NCBI RefSeq assembly: GCF_001194135.2
Contig: NC_068991.1
Location: forward strand, 22,929,499 to 22,993,498
Length of the DNA: 64,000 nucleotides
Reading direction: 5' to 3'
DNA from: Octopus bimaculoides
Lineage: Eukaryota
Shown in pieces: positions 24,980 through 38,264 of the stretch. How positions within the stretch are numbered: the stretch's first letter is position 1; every line of letters begins with the position of its first letter. The position numbers and the translations under genes were made by a program. The notes under the pieces are model-generated. The model searched no databases. It saw nothing but the letters and a program-made list of their open reading frames with translations, and was not told the DNA's origin.

Positions 24980-25200
24980 GATGTGTGTGTGTGTGCATAA
25001 GTGCGTGTGTGTGCATAAGTGCGTGTGTGCGTACTTTAATATCTAGTATCCTTGAAATGGATATATACATATATATACATATATACATACTTATAAGGAA
25101 TCAAGCTATTGATTTTACTATAAACGATAAACAGAGATAGACCTATATACAATCGTCACTGACTGCAGAAGCTTGACGTCGCGCGTGTGTGTGTGTATGT

Positions 25201-25237
<37 letters not shown>

Positions 25238-25575
25238 AGTGGGAGAGAGAGAGAGAGAGCGTGTGTGTGTGTGTTTACTCAAGCATCGGTAGTCAGATGA
25301 CGGTAGTGGGTCACAATATCGTTAGCAACATGTCACAACATCACTGATAAAAGCCAAAAGGCATGATTACAACTGTTGAGTCGTCTAATCAGTGCAAAGA
25401 TGAACAGGAGCTGGGAATGTAAAACGATGAGATGTGATGGAGATAAGGGAGACATCAACATACACCATAACAATACAGATTAGAACATCACTATGTTTGT
25501 TTTGCAATGTCTGTATGGGTGTATGCATGTGGTATGTGTGTGCGTGTATGTGTACCCAGACACGTATAAATATGT

Positions 25576-25615
<40 letters not shown>

Positions 25616-25790
25616 TAAACATGCACACATATACGCACACACACATATGTATATATGTATGTTTGTTGCTACATATTTGAATATCTCTTGATATGAATAT
25701 GCATACCCATACACACATACCTTGTATATAAACACCCCACACACATCCCATATATAAATGTGTCTGTGTGTGTGTGTGTGTGTGTAAGTA
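24980..25790. repeat. Clusters of TG/AG/TA/CA microsatellites
   Basis: Read directly. Confidence 0.85.
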
Positions 25791-26089
25791 TATATAATTG
25801 TATCTCAGAAAATTACAAAAAGGTGGGTTGGGAATGAACAATCTCACTAATTTCTAGTGATTACTGTAGAGTACAAGTGAAGGTACAAAAGTAAAATGGA
25901 AATTCTGCTTGATAAAACATTATCTGAGAACATCATCAGCATTACTCCTTCAACTAATACTTTGAAATAAATTTTATAACATAATTTGTGGAGTAAGGCC
26001 ACAGAAACAGTGCTGCAGTCATGTGTGGGACTTCTTATCTAACAGTTAATGAAAAAAATCATCACTGACTCATTCCATAAAGAAAGGAA

Positions 26090-26645
26090 AACTCAGAAGG
26101 TTTATCACAGAAAAAAAGCGAGCTGTTTTCTGAGTCCTGTGATGAAGCAGCCAGTTTGATTATATGGGGGAGATCCATAAAAAGTGAACATTAGCAAAAT
26201 TTGCCACCATACACTTGTGGTTTCAATGGTAAGGCTGCGACAGTGAAGTACTAAGAAACAAGCCAGCCTCTCCTTAACCACAGGCAGCATAAGTGGCTTA
26301 TAGACGACGTAGGTCAAGGAAAAGCAGACTGGAAGTCCAAAGTATTGTTTTCTGATGAGAACAAGTTTTATATCCAGTTCAGAAACCAAGGTCAAATAAT
26401 TTTGAAGATGGCTGGAGCAGCACAGAACATAGCTGCTTGAGGTCTAGCATCAAATCCCTGCACTCAGTGATGGTTAAGGGTGCCGTATCATATGAAGTAT
26501 TGAACCAGTATCTCTTAAGGGTCACTGGCAATGCAATGATCTACCAAGAGGTCACGGAGCACTTCATACCTCCATCAGCTGACAAGCTGCTTGATGTCTT
26601 GGAATTTCTGTTCCAGCAGGATTTGGTACTCCACACAATAGAGCA
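26090..26645 (+). pseudogene. Decayed Tc1-family transposase
   Basis: Across frameshifts: LLNHRQHKWL ... SKVLFSDENKFYIQFRNQG ... CLRSSIKSLHSVMVKGAVS ... NAMIYQEVTEHFIPPSADKL ... FLFQQDL. Both catalytic Asp motifs (FSDE, QQD) are visible. Confidence 0.8.
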
Positions 26646-27056
26646 TTCTGGAAATATTTTCACTGCATCAGTACCAAAAGAATTTTCTTGGTTGAAAATA
26701 AGCACACTTGTTTCTCTCCCAACTCCCATCCATCCCTGGTATGTTCCTGTCATTTTATATTCAATCCCTCATGGCTAACTGCTATTATAACAAGACTTTA
26801 TGAGAATTTCTTTCTATGTCAAGTAGTTTAAGAAACATCTAGATGCCCCAAAAGGTTGTCTTAAGGTAAATATATGCATATTTTCTTAATATAAACATAT
26901 GTGTACATATGCATTGTATCTATGTATCTATTTGTATGTATTTGGAGATGTGAATGAGTACACACTCACAACTATATATACATACCAACATATATATATA
27001 TATATGTGTATGTAGAGAGAGAGAGAGAGGGGGGAAGAGAGAGAGTGAAAGGTAGA

Positions 27057-28490
27057 TTGTATGATGCTTGTTTATTAACGGCTATACTCCATGGTAATAA
27101 GACATGGACTCTGAATGCGGAGGATATGCGTAGACTGGTGTGGAATGCTCTGCTGGATGTGCAACATCAGTGTGCATGAATGGCAAAGCATAACAGCATT
27201 GAGAAAAAAGTTGGGCATAAGAGGAATTAAACGTGGCATGCAGGAGAGAAGACTATGTTGGTTTGGACATGTGATGCATATGAATGAAGACAGCTGTATA
27301 AGGTAGTGCCGATCACAGAAGGTGGCTGGTAGCAGTGGGAGTGGGAGGCCCAGGAAGACATGGGATGAAATAGTGAGAACCAATCTTAGGTTGTTAGGGC
27401 TCACAGAGGAATTTACAATGGACGGAGATATCTGACACTATGAAATTCTAGAGAAGACCCGCCCATGTCAGCATAACTGAGTGCTAAAAGTGTTATGTCC
27501 CACCTGCACAAGCAATAAAATTTTCACATACCCTATCTCTAGAATCCAAACTACATCTCCTCTCCCAAACTATCTTTTCTCTTCTTCGCATTTCGTCTTC
27601 ATATGCTATGATCTTCTCCCACTCCCCATCCCTACCCGCACTGCCCTGTTCACTGTATTGCTGCTTTCCCCATCCCCTTCTTTACACCCAGGTTCTCACC
27701 AGTCACTGCAATCCCTACCCCCAAATCGCACCTTCTTGGTAATACCTGGTCACGTATATTATGTCCCTGTACACTGAGGGCAAGCCCTGACAATTGCCAC
27801 CATTTATCTCTCTCTTCCTTATTCTACCATCCCATCTAGGCTCTGAACCCCATTCCTTGTGAGTAAACTCTGGCACTTCATCATTATCTCTCTCCTGCTC
27901 TCTCTTGCACTCTTGTCTCCCATTCACTCACTCACTCACTCACTCTCTCTCACTCTCCTTCCCTTGCTCTTCTCTTTGGCTGGGTAACCATGTATCTCCT
28001 TTACAGCAACACACCCATTTCTTGTCCTCTTTCTTGTTACCACTCTCTCCCTCTCATTCTCTCTCTTTCTTTCCCTCTGTCTCCCTCACTATCTCTTTTG
28101 GTTGGGTAACCATGTACCTCCTCTATAGTAAGACATCTATTTCTGCCTCTCTGCCTCTCTAGTAAACTCTAATCTTTCATCATCTGACTCAAGATCCCCT
28201 CCTCTAATGCCCCCTCCCCTCTCAAAACTCCTTGTCTTGCAAGTTATTTGGTGACCTTGCCAGTGTTGGTGCCATGTAAAAAGCATCCAGGCCACATTGT
28301 GAAGTGGTTGGCATTTGGAAGGGCTTCCAGCTGTAAAAACCATGCCAAAACTGATCTCACCTGTGCTGGTGCCACATAAAAAGCACTCAGTCCACTCTAC
28401 AGGGTGGTCAGTATTAAGAAGAGCATCCAACTGTAAAAACCAGGCCAAAACAGACACAGTAGCCTGGTGTAGTCTTCTACTTGGCCAGCT
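27057..28490 (+). mobile_element. RTE-clade LINE 3' portion (ORF2 C-terminus 27057-27480 plus long 3' UTR)
   Basis: LYDAC..AILHGNKTWTL ... MLCWMCNI ... RRLCWFGHVMHM ... GRPRKTWDEIV. The UTR ends in two repeats of 'gtgccatgtaaaaagca...gtggttggcatttggaagggcttccagctgtaaaaacc'. Confidence 0.85.
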
Positions 28491-28917
28491 CTAGTGCATG
28501 TGATCCTAAGTTAAATGTTGTAAGAGTACCAATAAAATCTAGAGTTGAGGAGGGTGAGTTATGGGTGAGAAATAGCAGTGCACTGATCTTCCTGGACTTT
28601 CAAGAAGGATTATCCTGCATGCGTACCTAAGTTGAATTAAATGAAAGCACCCAAATGGTGATAAACATGGCAACAATTAAGTCTACTAACAAACAGTATG
28701 TATGGTCCATATGATAGGCTTCGGGATAAAATTTCAACTGAGTTAAGTTCACTCATAAGGTGTGAGCCAATGCGAAGCTAAGGCAAAAGCCACTTACTCA
28801 AGGTGCTGCACATTGTTATTGAAACTGGTCCCACATGATTATAGAGTAAACTTCTTAACAACATGCACATGTCTGTGCTCAAGGTAAGTTAAGATGGCTG
28901 ACATTTAAGGTTCCAAT

Positions 28918-29140
28918 AAAGGCAATGAGCTGAAAAAATTGTCAGCATATTGGATAAAATGCTTAGCAGTATTACTTCTGACTTTCCATTTTGAGTTCAA
29001 ATGCTGCTGAGGTTGACTTTGCCTTTCATCCTCTCAGGGCTGATAAATAAGTACCAGTTGAACAATGGGATTGATGTAATCGATTTCCCCCCCTTCCTTC
29101 AGAAATCGCTGGCCTTGTGCCAAATGTAAAAAGAATTTAA
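28918..29140 (+). mobile_element. Family A copy (others at ~39225-39390, 44690-44855, 58410-58560)
   Basis: 'gagttcaaatgctgctgaggttgactttgcctttcatcctctcagggctgataaataagtaccagttg'. Confidence 0.85.
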
Positions 29141-29809
29141 GGTTACAATGAAGCAACATTTCTAATGTGGAACTGTATTTTGAATGGAATGTAAATTATT
29201 CTACCAAACTTGCCCAAAGCTGACCTCATGGTCAGGTTTTCTTGCTAGAAGTTTCAAATCTTGAATCAATTCAAGTTGGAAGTGATTTTAACATTCCAAC
29301 TGGTAATTTGGCACAATTCATGCAGTATCAGATGGAATACTTTACAGTGGTTGCCCCAACTCTCTAAATTCAAATCACACTGAGTCAACTTTACCTTTTA
29401 TCCTTTTGAGGTGTATTTAAAAAATACCAACCCATAGTGGTCACTTAATGAAAGACTTGTAAGAATGTCAGACAGGTATAAATGCCTTGTGGTAGTTGTT
29501 CTGCATTCAAATACAGTGATAACCTACTTGAGCAGAAGACTTAATCCTTAGCCAATTGGCACCTTGAATGCTTTTAGTGGAGTTCACTCTGTCGTAGCAT
29601 TCAAGCCAAGTTATTTTCTGGTTTGAGGATAGCTTCCCTCAACCAGTTCTGAAGGCCCTCTAAATGGCCACAGCTACTGCCGTCTCTCTTAACTAAAAGA
29701 TAAAATCACAAAAACTTAAAGTGCAACGTTCAATTTCTATTGTAGCAATATACTTGACATGTATCACTAAATACCTCAGCTACTGGAGTAAAAAAAGTAT
29801 TTCTTCTTA

Positions 29810-30010
29810 TCTTTTATTTCAGTTATTGGACTGCGGCTATGCTTGGGCAAAGTCTTGAAGAGTTTAGTCACACAAATCAATCGTAGACTTTATTTTTTTA
29901 AGCTTCATGCTTATCCTATCAGTCTCCTTTTACTGAATTACTAAGATACAGGGATGTAAACAAACCAGCTCCAGTTGCCAAGCATTGGTGAAGAACAAAC
30001 ACAAGAATAA
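29810..30010 (-). mobile_element. Family B 3' module F without head (others at 58712-58900 minus, 49375-49500 plus)
   Basis: 'ttcagttattggactgcggctatgc ... ctaagatacagggatgtaaacaaacc ... agttgccaagc'. Confidence 0.7.
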
Positions 30011-30052
30011 AGACACACATCTTATACAAATTAATAAGATATATATATATAT

Positions 30053-30410
30053 CATCATCATCATCGTTTAACGTCCGCTTTCCATGCTAGCATGGGTTGG
30101 ACGATTTGACTGAGGACTGGTGAAACCGGATGGCAACACCAGGCTCCAGTCTGATTTGGCAGAGTTTCTACAGCTGGATGCCCTTCCTAACGCCAACCAC
30201 TCAGAGAGTGTAGTGGGTGCTTTTACGTGTCACCCGCACGAAAACGGCCACGATCTCGCTCGAAAATCCTACAGGAGCCAGTCAGGCGGTACTGGCAACG
30301 GCCACGCTCAAAATGGTGCATCTCATGTGCCACCCGCACAAGAACCAGTCCAGGGGCACTGGCAACGATCTTACTTGGCTTGCCGGGTCTTCTCACGCAC
30401 AGCACATTTC
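30053..30410 (-). mobile_element. Well-preserved family R element with internal sub-repeats, running into gap 30411-31107
   Basis: (ATC)n, then 'gtttaacgtccgctttccatgctagcatggg ... ggatgcccttcctaacgccaaccactcagagagtg'; near-identical to 49590-49770 (+). Confidence 0.9.
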
Positions 30411-31107
30411 NNNNNNNNNNNNNNNNNNNNNNNNNNNNNNNNNNNNNNNNNNNNNNNNNNNNNNNNNNNNNNNNNNNNNNNNNNNNNNNNNNNNNNNNNN
30501 NNNNNNNNNNNNNNNNNNNNNNNNNNNNNNNNNNNNNNNNNNNNNNNNNNNNNNNNNNNNNNNNNNNNNNNNNNNNNNNNNNNNNNNNNNNNNNNNNNNN
30601 NNNNNNNNNNNNNNNNNNNNNNNNNNNNNNNNNNNNNNNNNNNNNNNNNNNNNNNNNNNNNNNNNNNNNNNNNNNNNNNNNNNNNNNNNNNNNNNNNNNN
30701 NNNNNNNNNNNNNNNNNNNNNNNNNNNNNNNNNNNNNNNNNNNNNNNNNNNNNNNNNNNNNNNNNNNNNNNNNNNNNNNNNNNNNNNNNNNNNNNNNNNN
30801 NNNNNNNNNNNNNNNNNNNNNNNNNNNNNNNNNNNNNNNNNNNNNNNNNNNNNNNNNNNNNNNNNNNNNNNNNNNNNNNNNNNNNNNNNNNNNNNNNNNN
30901 NNNNNNNNNNNNNNNNNNNNNNNNNNNNNNNNNNNNNNNNNNNNNNNNNNNNNNNNNNNNNNNNNNNNNNNNNNNNNNNNNNNNNNNNNNNNNNNNNNNN
31001 NNNNNNNNNNNNNNNNNNNNNNNNNNNNNNNNNNNNNNNNNNNNNNNNNNNNNNNNNNNNNNNNNNNNNNNNNNNNNNNNNNNNNNNNNNNNNNNNNNNN
31101 NNNNNNN

Positions 31108-31472
31108 TATATATATATATATATATACATACACACATACATATATAGACACACATATATATACATACACATATATACACATATATATACATACATATAT
31201 ACACATACACACACATATATACACATACAGATACACATACATATATATATATATACACACACATCTATACATACATACATATATACATATATATACATAT
31301 ATACATACGTATACATACATATATATACATACATATACATACATATATACATACATATACATACATAAACATATATATACATACACATATATATACATAC
31401 ATACACATATATATACATACATACACATATATACACACACACACATATATATACACACACACACATATATAT

Positions 31473-31509
<37 letters not shown>

Positions 31510-32352
31510 GTGGTTGTCTACTCCCTACACAGAGTTTTACCACCTCCTGCACCTACACCTTAGCCCTTTCATGGCGTCTGATGTGGCTTTTTAAACCAGA
31601 CAGTGTTTTGAAAAAACACCCAGACAGATTGCACCTCTGATTTGCACTACCAATACCTGCAAGTAAGTTCTGCTCATTGTGGATCGTAACATGTCTTTTA
31701 AGACCCCCATTGGGTTTACAAACCCTCTGGAACACGCCACATATATACAAAGATATATACATACATAAATATACAAACATATATATATACAAACATATAT
31801 ATACATGCATATATATATATATATAAACATACATATATATACACATACATATACACATATATGTNNNNNNNNNNNNNNNNNNNNNNNNNNNNNNNNNNNN
31901 NNNNNNNNNNNNNNNNNNNNNNNNNNNNNNNNNNNNNNNNNNNNNNNNNNNNNNNNNNNNNNNNNNNNNNNNNNNNNNNNNNNNNNNNNNNNNNNNNNNN
32001 NNNNNNNNNNNNNNNNNNNNNNNNNNNNNNNNNNNNNNNNNNNNNNNNNNNNNNNNNNNNNNNNNNNNNNNNNNNNNATATATATATATATATATATACA
32101 TACATATATACATATACACATATGTATATACAGATATGTATATCTATATACACATACATACATATACACATATGTATATCTATATACACATACATACATA
32201 TACACATATGTATATCTATATACACATACATACATATACACATATGTATATCTATATACACATATATGTATATACAAACATATATACTCACACATATATA
32301 TACACACACACACATATACACACACACATATATACACACACACACACACACG
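31108..32352. repeat. TA/CA microsatellite block with a 36-bp higher-order unit (~32110-32260); gap 31865-32077
   Basis: Read directly. Confidence 0.9.
31553..31741 (-). pseudogene. Two C2H2-type zinc-finger-like motifs; probably an RTE LINE ORF2 C-terminus
   Basis: CGVFQRVCKPNGGLKRHVTIH ... CNLSGCFFKTLSGLKSHIRRH*; Cys spacing is imperfect in both. Confidence 0.55.
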
Positions 32353-32674
32353 TAGTGGGAAGCAAACTCCTTATCAACAACCATGGCTGCACCTGTCTTC
32401 TTTAAAAATGAAAAAAGATTTGTGTTTGTTTTTAGGGGAAGGCATGAAAAATTTTTTTAAAACCTTACATGAAGTTTCTTGAGTTTATGGATCCTATTTT
32501 TTTTTAAACATATCATTGAAAATGCACAATAATTTTTCCAAAATGTATATGCCTTAAATGTTGAACACCAGTTTTCAGAAATTCAATAAAATTTACATGT
32601 TTATCTTTGTCTCCTTGGCTTGAATGAATATCAGCCATCATTGGTCCTGTCTAGCACTGACCAATACATGGCAA

Positions 32675-32715
<41 letters not shown>

Positions 32716-33739
32716 GTGTGTGTGTGCGTGTGTGTGTGTGCGCGCGTGCGTGTGTGTACACATACAAAGCTATCAGACTGAAGCATGCTTTACTTATGTT
32801 TGAATCACGGATTAGCTATCTCAATAAGTAGAGATGACTAATCCTGCAAAACAAGAAATATTAACACACACACACACACACACAAACACACATACACACA
32901 AACACACATACACACATACATATACACATATAAATGCATACATGTGTGTATACTATACATATACACATTTGGTGCAGGCAGAAAACTGCAGAATGATGTA
33001 GGAGAATATATAAAACAAAAAAAAAACAAAAAAAAAAAACAACCACCTCTAGGAACATTATCACACTTCTCATTTCAGTTGATAATGTTTAATAAGATAC
33101 AGCCAATAGATAACAGCTTTGCCATCAACCCCCCCCCCCCCNNNNNNNNNNNNNNNNNNNNNNNNNNNNNNNNNNNNNNNNNNNNNNNNNNNNNNNNNNN
33201 NNNNNNNNNNNNNNNNNNNNNNNNNNNNNNNNNNNNNNNNNNNNNNNNNNNNNNNNACACACACACACACACTGTTGTTGCTCGCATAAAAAATAACTGG
33301 GAGGCAATAAATATATAATAATCAATACACATATAGATTATAGTGTAAAGCACTCCCTTTATCAAGTGCCAACTGGAACTTATTGTCAGTCCCTTCCATC
33401 AATAGCACTCCCTAAAGCCAGTAGTGCCAAAACAATGGTATTTATAATATTAACATATCTGCTAAAATTAAATGAGACAGGTCATCATTAATAAGATTAT
33501 TATTCTTTAGACTATTAACATTTGGGATAATATTAATTGGATATTGTAAACAACAATTTGATTTGGAAAAAAGAAATGGGGGATTCCACTGACAAGCACT
33601 TGTGAAGTAACTGCATTAGCAGCTACACTTATAAAGTGCCATCCTTTTCATCTTGGATCTCAAACTACGTACTGCACCTTCTATTTGAACTGGTGTTTAT
33701 AATCACCATCATCATAATCATCATTATCAACAACAACAA

Positions 33740-33965
33740 CATCATTTTAATATCCACTTTTCTACACTTGCATGGGTCAGAGGAAATTTACTAAGGCAGA
33801 TTTTCTAGGGCCAGATGCCTTTCTTATCACTAACCTTCGCATTTTCAAAGCAAAGTAATATTACCCTATGATTAGACATGTTTTTCACAGAAGATTGGAA
33901 ACAAATAACACCACTTGTATCATAGTGACACTTGTTTACAAATACTATCATACAATAACGGGGAC
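33740..33965 (-). mobile_element. Family B 3' module G / RTE-type tail (another at ~35565-35690)
   Basis: 'ttttaatatccacttttctacacttgcatgggtcagagg ... ggcagattttctagggccagatgcctttc'. Confidence 0.7.
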
Positions 33966-34119
33966 ACACACACAAATACAGTACTACAGCTTTAGACTCC
34001 CTAACTTTAATTAGTTCTGATTAAATTTTTAAATTTTGTTTTATTTTATTTTTTGCTGTCTTAAAGCTGAGAGTAAAAAATTTTCTTTGGTACATGTTTG
34101 TCTTTCATTGAAAGAACAC

Positions 34120-34590
34120 AACCACTCCATCTAAAGCTTGTTCTTGATGAGGAAAGCTTTAATGCTAGTTGTTTTACTTCACCTGGCAACCTAATGTTTG
34201 TTTTTCTGTCTTCTCAGCCAATTTTTGCTTCAAAGACAGTCTTGAATACTTTCAAATGTTAATATGTTATCCTGGTTTCCAATGTGTACTTAAGTTTCAG
34301 AATCACCATTACTCTGTGTACTACCATTTGGGAGTCTATTCAGGTGTCATAATCATGAAAGACTTTTGTTCAGAGACATTCAAAAGCTGTTCCAGCATAT
34401 TCAAGATAAAGTTGAATCTTATCAAGATTGACACTGAAGGAGAGGTAACTGCCAAGATACAGAAAGTGACTAATGTTTTCTAGATCAAATTAAATTGATG
34501 GCTGTATCTGATTTGTCAAAATTGGTAACAGTAGATGATTTAAATCTTGAAGTAGATGGTTAATTCATGCTTCATGTATCGTATACAGAC
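34120..34590 (-). mobile_element. RTE LINE ORF2 relic
   Basis: Minus strand: ENISHFLYLGSYLS ... AGTAFECL*TKVFHD ... W*EDRKTN-like segment. Confidence 0.7.
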
Positions 34591-35462
34591 TGAAAATAGT
34601 CAGGATTTGTTGCAAATAGTTTGTTATCTGTTTTTTTGGAACTTAATGAGGGAATGTATAGAAATCTTGTTAAGCAAAGTTGCATAGTTTGCTACCATAT
34701 GAAGACAATTTCAATTCCAGGAGGTAGGTCAATGACAATGATGAAGAATGTTGGGGTAGTTACATATCACTACTTTAGTCCTGATCAGATATGAAATAGG
34801 TCATAATTGCTAGTGTTGACCACAACTACAACAAACACATTATCTTAAACTATATGGAATCGCAAGATTTAAAATCAAACTAGGATCCAATCTAAAAATA
34901 TATTAGTTATTCAAGTGTGTATATGCATGCATGTGTGTATGTATGTATATAAATATTTACAACTACATATATGTTTTTATGGATGCATAATCATTATGTA
35001 TAATGAAGGTACTTATATATCTTATCATGGTGATATATATATAATCATCATTTAACATCTGTTGTCCATGCTCGCATATATATATATATATTCCCAAATA
35101 TTACAATACACTTATACACGCTTCTTCGCATATATGTGTGTGAGAGAGAGGAGGAGAGATAAAAAAAAAAGAGATAAAACAGAATTACTCATTGTTTAGC
35201 TCCAGGTCATCTTTGATTAAGCAGATCTATAATCAAAGACATTCTAGCCATGACCATTCAATCTTATTTTCAAGTATACATCCTAGATATATTTAGGACA
35301 GCATATACTATGTGTCCGTACATTTTCAAGATTTTAAGGTGCAATTTAAAAAATCTGACAACTATTTCTAGCAAATTCAACAATCACATAGAGGCTCTGC
35401 CTTTGGAATTAGAAGAATTAGTTTGTACATGTCATATGTATACGTATGCATATATACATATA

Positions 35463-35495
<33 letters not shown>

Positions 35496-36054
35496 GGGGG
35501 GAGAGAGAGAGCGTGAATCTACATAAAAATGTGTTTGTATGTTTGTCTCTGCATGCGTTCACATTAACACAGGTCAGGCAGCAGTGTCCTGTTTGATGAT
35601 TCAACACACATACCATTAGAGTACAGTTCCTCACTTGAAGATAAGTAAGCGTTGGCATCAGGAAGGGCATTCAGAATACTACTTCAAGAAGTTATGTTCA
35701 ACCCAGGCTGTAGAAGCAATAATGATGATGATACACTAATGACTTCTCTGTGTCTGTGTGCATGCGTGCATGTGTGTGCATGGGCATGCATGAATCATTT
35801 TAGCATGTATGTAGTACATGTCTATGCTGAAAGTCTGTTGAGGAATATGTTTCTTTGAATGCACGTACAAAAAGCGACAGAGAGAAAGTAAAAGAAAACA
35901 TGTAAATGCTTGTTTGCACGTGCATATACAGCATAATGGTAAGTGTACACAGATATGGCATACTGCTAATATGTATATGTGTGTGTGTGTATAGATATAT
36001 TTTTCTGTGTGAGTACAAAAGAGAATATGTGTGCTTAAATATGCATATACACTT

Positions 36055-36236
36055 TTACTTGTTTCAGTCATTTGACTGTGGCCATGCTGGTGCACCGCCC
36101 TGAGTCGAGCAAATCAACCCCGGGACTTATTCTTTGTAAGCCTAGTACTTATTCTATTGGTCTCTTTTGCCAAACCGCTAAGTGACAGGGACATAAACAC
36201 ACCAGCATCGGTTGTCAAGTGATGCTAGGGGGACAA

Positions 36237-36288
<52 letters not shown>

Positions 36289-36450
36289 GACGGGCTTCTT
36301 TTCAGTTTCTGTCTACCAAATCCACTCACAAGGCTTTGGTCGGCCCGAGGCTATAGTAGAAGATACTTGCCCAAGATGCCACGTAGTGAGACTGAACCCG
36401 GAACCATGTGGTTGGTAAGCAAACTACTTACCACACAGCCACACCTGCGC
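36055..36450 (-). mobile_element. Full-length family B with module F and internal (TA)n(TG)n
   Basis: Minus strand: 'ggcgcaggtgtggctgtgtggtaag ... gggttcagtctcac ... cttgggcaagtatctt ... gaagcccgtcg(ta)n(tg)ntttgtccccc ... gcggtgcaccagcatggccacagtcaaatgactgaaacaagtaaaag'. Confidence 0.9.
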
Positions 36451-38140
36451 CCATAAGTACATTTTTGTATTAAAAAAAAAAAGAACTTTTATTAGATCTG
36501 GAAAGTAATTGGAAAAGTTGTTAACCTTGGGTCAATTGATTCTGTGAAATATAAAAAACTGGATATTAGACGACAGATTGAACAGTTGAAGACAAGTGAT
36601 GACATTTGATAGCAGTGGTGACACTGGGCTGGCATTGATGATGATGATGACATCAGTAGTGGTGGTGCTGCTGTTGCTGTTACTACTGATATGATTTTAT
36701 GTTGTTAATTAGCCCCAGGTGAACAATGATCAAGGAATTTTTATAATCAAAGGCATTCCAGCAATAGCCATCCCATTTGTAATCAATGTCTCTAATAATA
36801 CATTGTCTAATGTGTCATACATTTTTTTTCCTTTTCAAAGTCAGGTGTAACCTGAGGGAAAAGTGGCAGCTATTTCTAGCAGACTAAGTGATTTGTCCGA
36901 GGCTCTCCCACGAGAGTGTTGAAGATATTCACTAGTGAGTGTTAAGGATATACACTGTGTGTAACAGTGATGATGGTGGTGGTAATAGTATCATTGCTGT
37001 TTGCCATTATAGCAGTCAGTGTTAGTAGTAATAATGATTTCTTTATTTGTTAGTAGTAGTTATGACATCTTGGTGTTGATAGTCATATTAACAATGTTGT
37101 TGTTAGCACTGATAGTGGTGATGGAAGTGATAATGTAAATTAAATGAAAACACAAATGCCTTTGAAACCTCCATAAGTTACATTAGGTTGTGTGCTTAAT
37201 TCTAGTTTCAGGACATTAAGCAGATGCGAGTTAAATCTCCATCTGGATAGGTTGCCAGTCTATTGCAAGTAATACTTTCAAAATGATGACCAATAGAATT
37301 GAGGTACGTAAGTGTAAGATTGAATATCCTGTCTAGATTCACATGATAGCACAGCTGAATGAATCAACAGGATATCCAATAAACAGTCAAGTGCTCCAAA
37401 AGATTCATATCCTGTCTAAGCTGTAGCCATGATCAAGAGACGTAATTCTACAATAGCTCAGTCCATCTAGCTGTAAATAGGGTACCAAGGAATAAGAAGC
37501 ATTTCACGACAGTAAACCGTAACAGTTCGGTAAAATTTATAGAGATAATATCTAAAGTAATGAATTCCTGGCAAGCCAACTTGCTAGCTGTGACCACCTG
37601 ATCTTTTAATTGAACACTGTATCCAAGACTACATCATCCAATGCATCATGTGTCTTTTTGAAAAGAAAGTCAGGTGTGGTTTGAGGGAGATTTGGCAGCT
37701 ATAATGTTGCTGCTGATATTGTTGAGGATATCACAAGTAATGGTATTGCTGGTGAATGGCAATATTGGTAACATCATTTGCCATGATTGTTGTGTTAATA
37801 GTAATAATATTTTGAAAATATTAGATAACAATGATATGAGCAGTGTTGTAGTTGTTATTAATGATGATGGTTATAGCAGAAGTCGACTATTTTGGTGTGC
37901 ATGTACAGCCAGCTTGTATGTGCATCTGGGCACACATATGTACTCATCTATCTATGCTTTTGTATCCATAGATATCTACGTATGGTTATGTACACAGGCA
38001 CAGGCATGTGTATTGGAGTGTTTATAACTATTTATATGGTTTTATATACTGTTTGTAGGCTTTTTTATGTGCCTTATATTTTTATATTTTCATTTTTCAT
38101 TTATTCTTATTTTTTACTTTATTCTTATTTTATATTTGTA

Positions 38141-38264
38141 TTGAAGAGGCCTAGCGAATCATGCATGTACCCCCATTACATCATTTTCATCTGCTAATTA
38201 CTCCGGCACACAGGAGCTATAGAGATAGAATGGGGCATGCCAACGCTAGGCCGAAACAGCTGTA
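38141..38264 (+). ncRNA. Type I hammerhead-ribozyme-like motif, probably decayed and Penelope-associated
   Basis: tTGAAGA, stem II GGCCTAGCG/CGCTAGGCC, GAAAC-AGCT-GTA. C3 is T and stem I is not formed. Confidence 0.5.

Noticed and set aside
29645-29685. 'ctgaaggcc...ggccacagc' resembling a hammerhead core
   Set aside because: Lacks both the GA of CUGANGA and the GAAA, and lies within a SINE-like repeat.
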